Virus record (IMG/VR): IMGVR_UViG_3300028591_000032
Coordinates: 1 to 45,104 of that record
Reading direction: 5' to 3' (one strand)
Origin: a virus
Length of the DNA stretch: 45,104 bases
Position numbers and translations under genes: made by a program. Each line of letters starts with the position of its first letter. The first letter of the stretch is position 1. This document shows, piece by piece, positions 41,236 through 45,104 of this stretch. The notes under the pieces are model-generated. The model was not told the DNA's origin. It saw only the letters and a list, made by a program, of their open reading frames with translations, and did no database searches.

Positions 41236-44200
41236 TCATTTTCTCGTGGGGAGCATCATCTGTGTCAGTGGGTTCTGACGCTTCGGCTGCACCGCGGGAA
41301 GCTGGAGCGTCTGGCTCCCGGTATTCCGTGCGGATCCGCTCCCGACGCGCCAGGGCGCTTCGTCGATGGTGCTCTCGGCATAACCGTTGTCCCGATACAG
41401 ATAGTCCTTCTGCGCGTTGGTGAGCGGCAGGCTGTTGATGGTGTCCAACACCTTGGCCTTCTTGCTGCCGCTGATGCTCTTGCCGCTTGCGTCCTTGTCC
41501 GCTTCCAAACTCCCGGTCATTCCCTTGTACTGGAGGTATACGGCTGTCTCGATCCCCGCCTGGGTCGCGGCCTGGTAGGCCTTGTCGTAGGCGGTGTTGC
41601 TGTATTCCGTGCCACGGCTTTCCGCGAACGCTTTGGCCGCGAGGAAGTTCGCGTAGTTCCGGATCCAGTTGGCGGTCTCGGCTTTGTCCGCGTCGCTGAG
41701 TCCGGCGTACCAGCCGCTGGTCAGCATCTGCCGCATCAGGCCGGTGATCTGCCCGCCCCGGAATGCCTGCCACTGCGTCCGCTCGTCCGGGGTCAGGGTA
41801 TAGGTCTCGCCGCTCAGCTTCGCCTCATACGGCGGATTCCTCTGGGGCAGTACCGTTCCGCTCCCCGTGGCCTCATACAGCCTGAGCAGCTCATCCCGCA
41901 CCTCGTCCGTGTCGTATACGCTGATGCTCCCGGGATTCAGCAGAGCGTTCATGGCGTTCAGGGTGGGGCTCTCGTACCGTCTCGGCTCGCCCAGGGGCGT
42001 GAGCTTCGGGGCCAGGAGGCTCCGGACTCCGGGGACGGCGTTTGCCGTCCGCGCCGCCGCCTGGTCCAGGAGGTTGCGGGAGCGATACTGGTCCCTGTAT
42101 ACCATGTCTGACGCCTGCGCAAGCTGCCGCACCGGCGCGGGGACAAAGCCGCTCAGCGATGAAGAGGCGATCTCGAAGGGGACCTGCATATACAGGGGCA
42201 GATCGCTCTCCACGTCGTGGTATTGGATCGTGTTGTATATGTTGCTCAGGGTCTGCATGGCGGAGGTGTTCTCCAACGCCAGCCAAATGCCCTGAAGGGA
42301 GTCCTCTACGGTCTTCCCGGCCACTCTCCCATCGGTAAAGAATTTGCCAAGGTCCAGCCCCTTCAGTTCCTTGTCATTTGTGACCAGTGTTGCGATAGTC
42401 ATGAGGCTGTCCAGAGGCTCCAGGAAATTGATGTCGGCCAGCACGTCCCCCTTCTGCGGCTCCGGACTCTTCCCGGAGAGGAGCCGCCCCATGGCCGTCA
42501 CGTTGAGCTGTGTCCCGGTGATGCCCTGGCTCTGGAGCAGAGCGGCGGCGTTGGCGTCCTTTTCTGCTTCTTTCCGCCGCAGCAGGCCAAGCTTCGCCAG
42601 CAGCGCGAACAGCATGATCAGTCCGCTCCCCGTGGTGGCCCGCCCGAATGCCAGAGCGGCATCCCGCTGGGCCTTGAGCGTGCTTTCGCCGCGCCCTGCC
42701 CGGTTCACCGTCTGTGCCAGATGATACAGCCCCTTGACATAACCGACAGGGCTGAACTCGATGGTCCTGTGGATCAGCGCCCCGGGCACCTGGGTATACT
42801 TCACAACCAGGTCGCCCAGGCCGAAATCGTGTACAGGCCTGCCCCTGACAGTCTTGCCGGATGTATTCCCGATTCCGGCCGTGTTCAGGACATCCCGCAG
42901 TCCGCCCAGCATCGTGCCGACGAGCGTGTCATCCTGGAAGGAGCGGTACAGTGCCTCCTGGGCGGCGAACTCCGCCGCCTCCTCCTCCGTCATCTGCCCT
43001 CGCTCCACGAATCTTGCCAGGCTCTCCAAGGTCTCGGCGTAGACGCTGCCCTTGTGGAATTCGTCCGTGGTGTTCAGCTCGTAGCCCAGGATCTGTTCCG
43101 CCCGGGAGAGGATGCGCCCGACGGCGCCGCTGTTGGCCATGCTCCAGGTGCGCCGCGCCCCGGTGCCGTACTTACTCAGATTCCGCTCCCCCGGAGCCGC
43201 GTCCAAAGCGATCTCAAGAAGGTTGCGCCCCGCGCCCTGAATGGCGCCGCGCCGCTTCGCCGCGCTGGCCCAGCTCTTCTGCAGCCCTACGCCGCGTTGA
43301 CCTGTAAACCGGCTCATGATGATGTCCGGCAAAAGACCGAGGTTGTTCGCCGCGGTCTCCACCAGATCGAACACCTGGTTGCTGGTAAGGTTGCGCATGG
43401 CCGTGCGGGCGTTCAGCAGGTGGGAGATCACCTGATAGGTGCTGAGCTTCTCCCCGGCGGTCCTGGGGACGTAGTCCGCAGCGATGAGGCCGAGCTGTAC
43501 CGTGGCCAGAGCCCGGAGGTATTCCGTGTCCGTGGTGCCGCCCAGGACCTTTTCCGCCAGGCGGTCCAGCTTGGTCTTCCGCACGGCAGCCTGTTCCCGG
43601 ATGAGCTGCCGGAGCCCCTCCAGGTCATCCTCCGCGATGGCGTCCAGTGTGTCCGCAAACCTGGCCATAGTCTCCGTGATGCGCCGCTGCTCCGCCCTGC
43701 TGAGCTTGCCAAGCCCCAGGGCGTCCACCACGGCGTCCTCCACGTTAGTGCTGGTGAGACCGCCCAGGTGAATGAGATCCATGAGTCTGTCTCGCTGCGC
43801 GGGCTTGATCCTCTCGCCGGTCTCCCGGAACATCTTTTCCAGCTCACGGTCCGCCCGCTCCTGGATGCGCTCCATGTAATGCCCGGCGATGTGGTTTGCC
43901 GCGATGGCGGCGTCCGCTGCCGGAATGTGCAGCTCGTTGATGAGATACCCGGCGATCCGGTTTGCCGCCTCGGCCTTGGTGAGGCGGGATTCCCGCAGCA
44001 GCTCTGTGAGCCTGATGTCCAGTTCTCTCGCCGCCTCGTCCTCCAGCCTCTCCGTGCGCCCCTCGATGTTGCTCTCCCGAATCAGGTTCCCGATGTGCCG
44101 CTGCACGGCGTCCAGCAGCACCTGGTCTTCTGTACCGACGCGCCGGATGAATTCGTCGGCAATGCGCCGTGCGGCATTCTGCCCGACCCCTGCCGCCGCC

Positions 44201-45104
44201 AGGTCCAGGATATCCTTTTTTGTGATCCCAAGGGCCTCCGCGGACTCCAGGATCGCACGGTACATGGTCCTGTCCAGGTCCTCCCCGTTGTAGCTGATGG
44301 TGGCGTTCAGGAAACTCTCCAGCGCCTCCAGCTTCTCCGGGTCATCGGCGTACTGCGCCCGCAGCACATCCTTGGCCTCCTGCCAGGCGCGGGCGTAGGC
44401 CTCCCGGTTGTTGAGGTAGTCCGTGATGCGCTCGATGGCCGTCCGGGGAGCCTCCCGATCCGCCTGCTGCAGCGCATGCTCGGAAGCGTAATTCACCAGA
44501 TCATCCAGGATGGTCTGCATAGTGGTCTGTGCCCTGGTGGCCTTCGGTTCAATCCGTGCGGAGATCCTCTGAGCCAGACGGTCGCCTGCCTCCGTGATCC
44601 AGTTCTCCACGGGGATCCCGTGGTCCCGCTGCTCACGGAAGATCTGGTAGATCTCCCGGATGACATGCTCGGCGTCCGTGGCCCGCTGCGCGTCTCTCGA
44701 CCCGGCAGGAGCGGACCCCGGGACATCCTCGCCCCTCGCCAGGCCTACGGCCTCCCTGGCGGCGTCTTCGGAAAATTCGTCAGCCGCACCGATGATTCCC
44801 TCCGTGATCCTCCGCACACGCTCCTGCTCAGCGGGCGTCAGCCTGCCTGCGGTCTCACGCATCGTCTCGGATGCTTTCCGCGCTGCCTCGGTCGCGGTGC
44901 GGCTGTACTTTGCGAAGGCTTGCACGAGTTGCCCGCCCTTTGTGCCCTTGCGCTGGATGATGTGGGACCATTCGTGGAACAGGCTGTAGTCCCCGGTATC
45001 CCGCCCGATCTGCCTGTACTGGTGCAGGATTCCCATGGCAGTGTCCAGGTCGCTACCTCCCCACGCTTCGGAGGAGGCAAGTCTTTCCGCCTCCCCGTCG
45101 AAGT
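41236..45104 (-). CDS. Giant polyvalent-like protein, C-terminal part (continues from 3788..1; bases 44978-45104 duplicate 1-127)
   Basis: Track ORF 41236..45036 has no stop upstream of its first Met and is in frame with the ORF that leaves the window at base 1. A second HExxH (HEWSH) lies at 44962-44976. The body is long and helical, with the hydrophobic segment GSGLIMLFALLAKLGLL. Confidence 0.8.
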   Translation of the reverse strand, partial: FDGEAERLASSEAWGGSDLDTAMGILHQYRQIGRDTGDYSLFHEWSHIIQRKGTKGGQLVQAFAKYSRTATEAARKASETMRETAGRLTPAEQERVRRITEGIIGAADEFSEDAAREAVGLARGEDVPGSAPAGSRDAQRATDAEHVIREIYQIFREQRDHGIPVENWITEAGDRLAQRISARIEPKATRAQTTMQTILDDLVNYASEHALQQADREAPRTAIERITDYLNNREAYARAWQEAKDVLRAQYADDPEKLEALESFLNATISYNGEDLDRTMYRAILESAEALGITKKDILDLAAAGVGQNAARRIADEFIRRVGTEDQVLLDAVQRHIGNLIRESNIEGRTERLEDEAARELDIRLTELLRESRLTKAEAANRIAGYLINELHIPAADAAIAANHIAGHYMERIQERADRELEKMFRETGERIKPAQRDRLMDLIHLGGLTSTNVEDAVVDALGLGKLSRAEQRRITETMARFADTLDAIAEDDLEGLRQLIREQAAVRKTKLDRLAEKVLGGTTDTEYLRALATVQLGLIAADYVPRTAGEKLSTYQVISHLLNARTAMRNLTSNQVFDLVETAANNLGLLPDIIMSRFTGQRGVGLQKSWASAAKRRGAIQGAGRNLLEIALDAAPGERNLSKYGTGARRTWSMANSGAVGRILSRAEQILGYELNTTDEFHKGSVYAETLESLARFVERGQMTEEEAAEFAAQEALYRSFQDDTLVGTMLGGLRDVLNTAGIGNTSGKTVRGRPVHDFGLGDLVVKYTQVPGALIHRTIEFSPVGYVKGLYHLAQTVNRAGRGESTLKAQRDAALAFGRATTGSGLIMLFALLAKLGLLRRKEAEKDANAAALLQSQGITGTQLNVTAMGRLLSGKSPEPQKGDVLADINFLEPLDSLMTIATLVTNDKELKGLDLGKFFTDGRVAGKTVEDSLQGIWLALENTSAMQTLSNIYNTIQYHDVESDLPLYMQVPFEIASSSLSGFVPAPVRQLAQASDMVYRDQYRSRNLLDQAAARTANAVPGVRSLLAPKLTPLGEPRRYESPTLNAMNALLNPGSISVYDTDEVRDELLRLYEATGSGTVLPQRNPPYEAKLSGETYTLTPDERTQWQAFRGGQITGLMRQMLTSGWYAGLSDADKAETANWIRNYANFLAAKAFAESRGTEYSNTAYDKAYQAATQAGIETAVYLQYKGMTGSLEADKDASGKSISGSKKAKVLDTINSLPLTNAQKDYLYRDNGYAESTIDEAPWRVGSGSARNTGSQTLQLPAVQPKRQNPLTQMMLPTRK
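44978..45104. repeat. Terminal overlap, copy 2 (identical to 1-127)
   Basis: Direct comparison of the two window ends. Confidence 0.95.

Larger units (their letters stand above)
1..45104. mobile_element. Complete temperate phage genome on a circularly closed contig (unit length 44,977 bp); podovirus-like gene content, with integrase and attP
   Basis: Bases 1-127 are identical to 44978-45104. Terminase, portal, scaffold, capsid, lysis, replication, CI/Cro-like switch and tyrosine integrase are all present. The largest ORF is intact only when the two ends are joined. Confidence 0.85.

Noticed and set aside
1-45104. Stop-codon reassignment
   Set aside because: Well-supported genes terminate normally at TGA, TAA and TAG: for example TAA at 3799, TAG at 37322 and 40145, and TGA at 41236. 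No gene needs read-through to be intact.

Overview
The window is a complete, circularly closed genome of a GC-rich temperate phage. Bases 1-127 repeat at 44978-45104, giving a unit length of 44,977 bp. The SLH-domain CHAP endolysin, XhlA/holin lysis genes and BspA-type LRR fibres suggest a Clostridia-type Firmicutes host.

Almost everything is read on the minus strand, in this order:
- a Cro-like gene and small early genes (35241 down to 32241);
- a recombination/replication module (32228 down to 23028): SMC-like ATPase, AAA_24 ATPase, DUF669, DEAH helicase, a low-GC inserted cassette, primase-helicase, an iteron origin and RusA;
- a MazZ-like dNTP pyrophosphatase and a DNPPF methyltransferase;
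- a late operon from a near-consensus promoter at about 21568-21597: TerS, TerL, a small HExxH protein, portal, scaffold, capsid, connector-like proteins, two LRR fibres, endolysin/holin/XhlA, then 797-aa, 640-aa and 2,509-aa proteins.

The 2,509-aa ORF crosses the window junction, so it is missing from the ORF track as a single ORF. The plus strand carries only the lysogeny module: a CI-like repressor, an ImmA-like protease and a tyrosine integrase. An attP that copies the 3-prime end of a tmRNA/tRNA plus its terminator follows the integrase.

I recognise no tail tube, sheath, chaperone or tape-measure gene. I therefore infer a short-tailed virion with large ejection proteins.

The points most worth a second look are:
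- the giant polyvalent-like ORF, and a 231-nt segment inside it whose codon signature belongs to the +1 frame (nested ORF 1091..1324);
- a terminator-insulated cluster of Gly/Cys/Gln-rich proteins next to attP;
- a self-promoted low-GC RHH cassette inside the replication module;
- a DUF7666-like pentapeptide-repeat early protein;
- a face-to-face promoter switch with the same 9-mer in both promoter spacers.

All product calls rest on motifs I recognised by eye. No database search was run.
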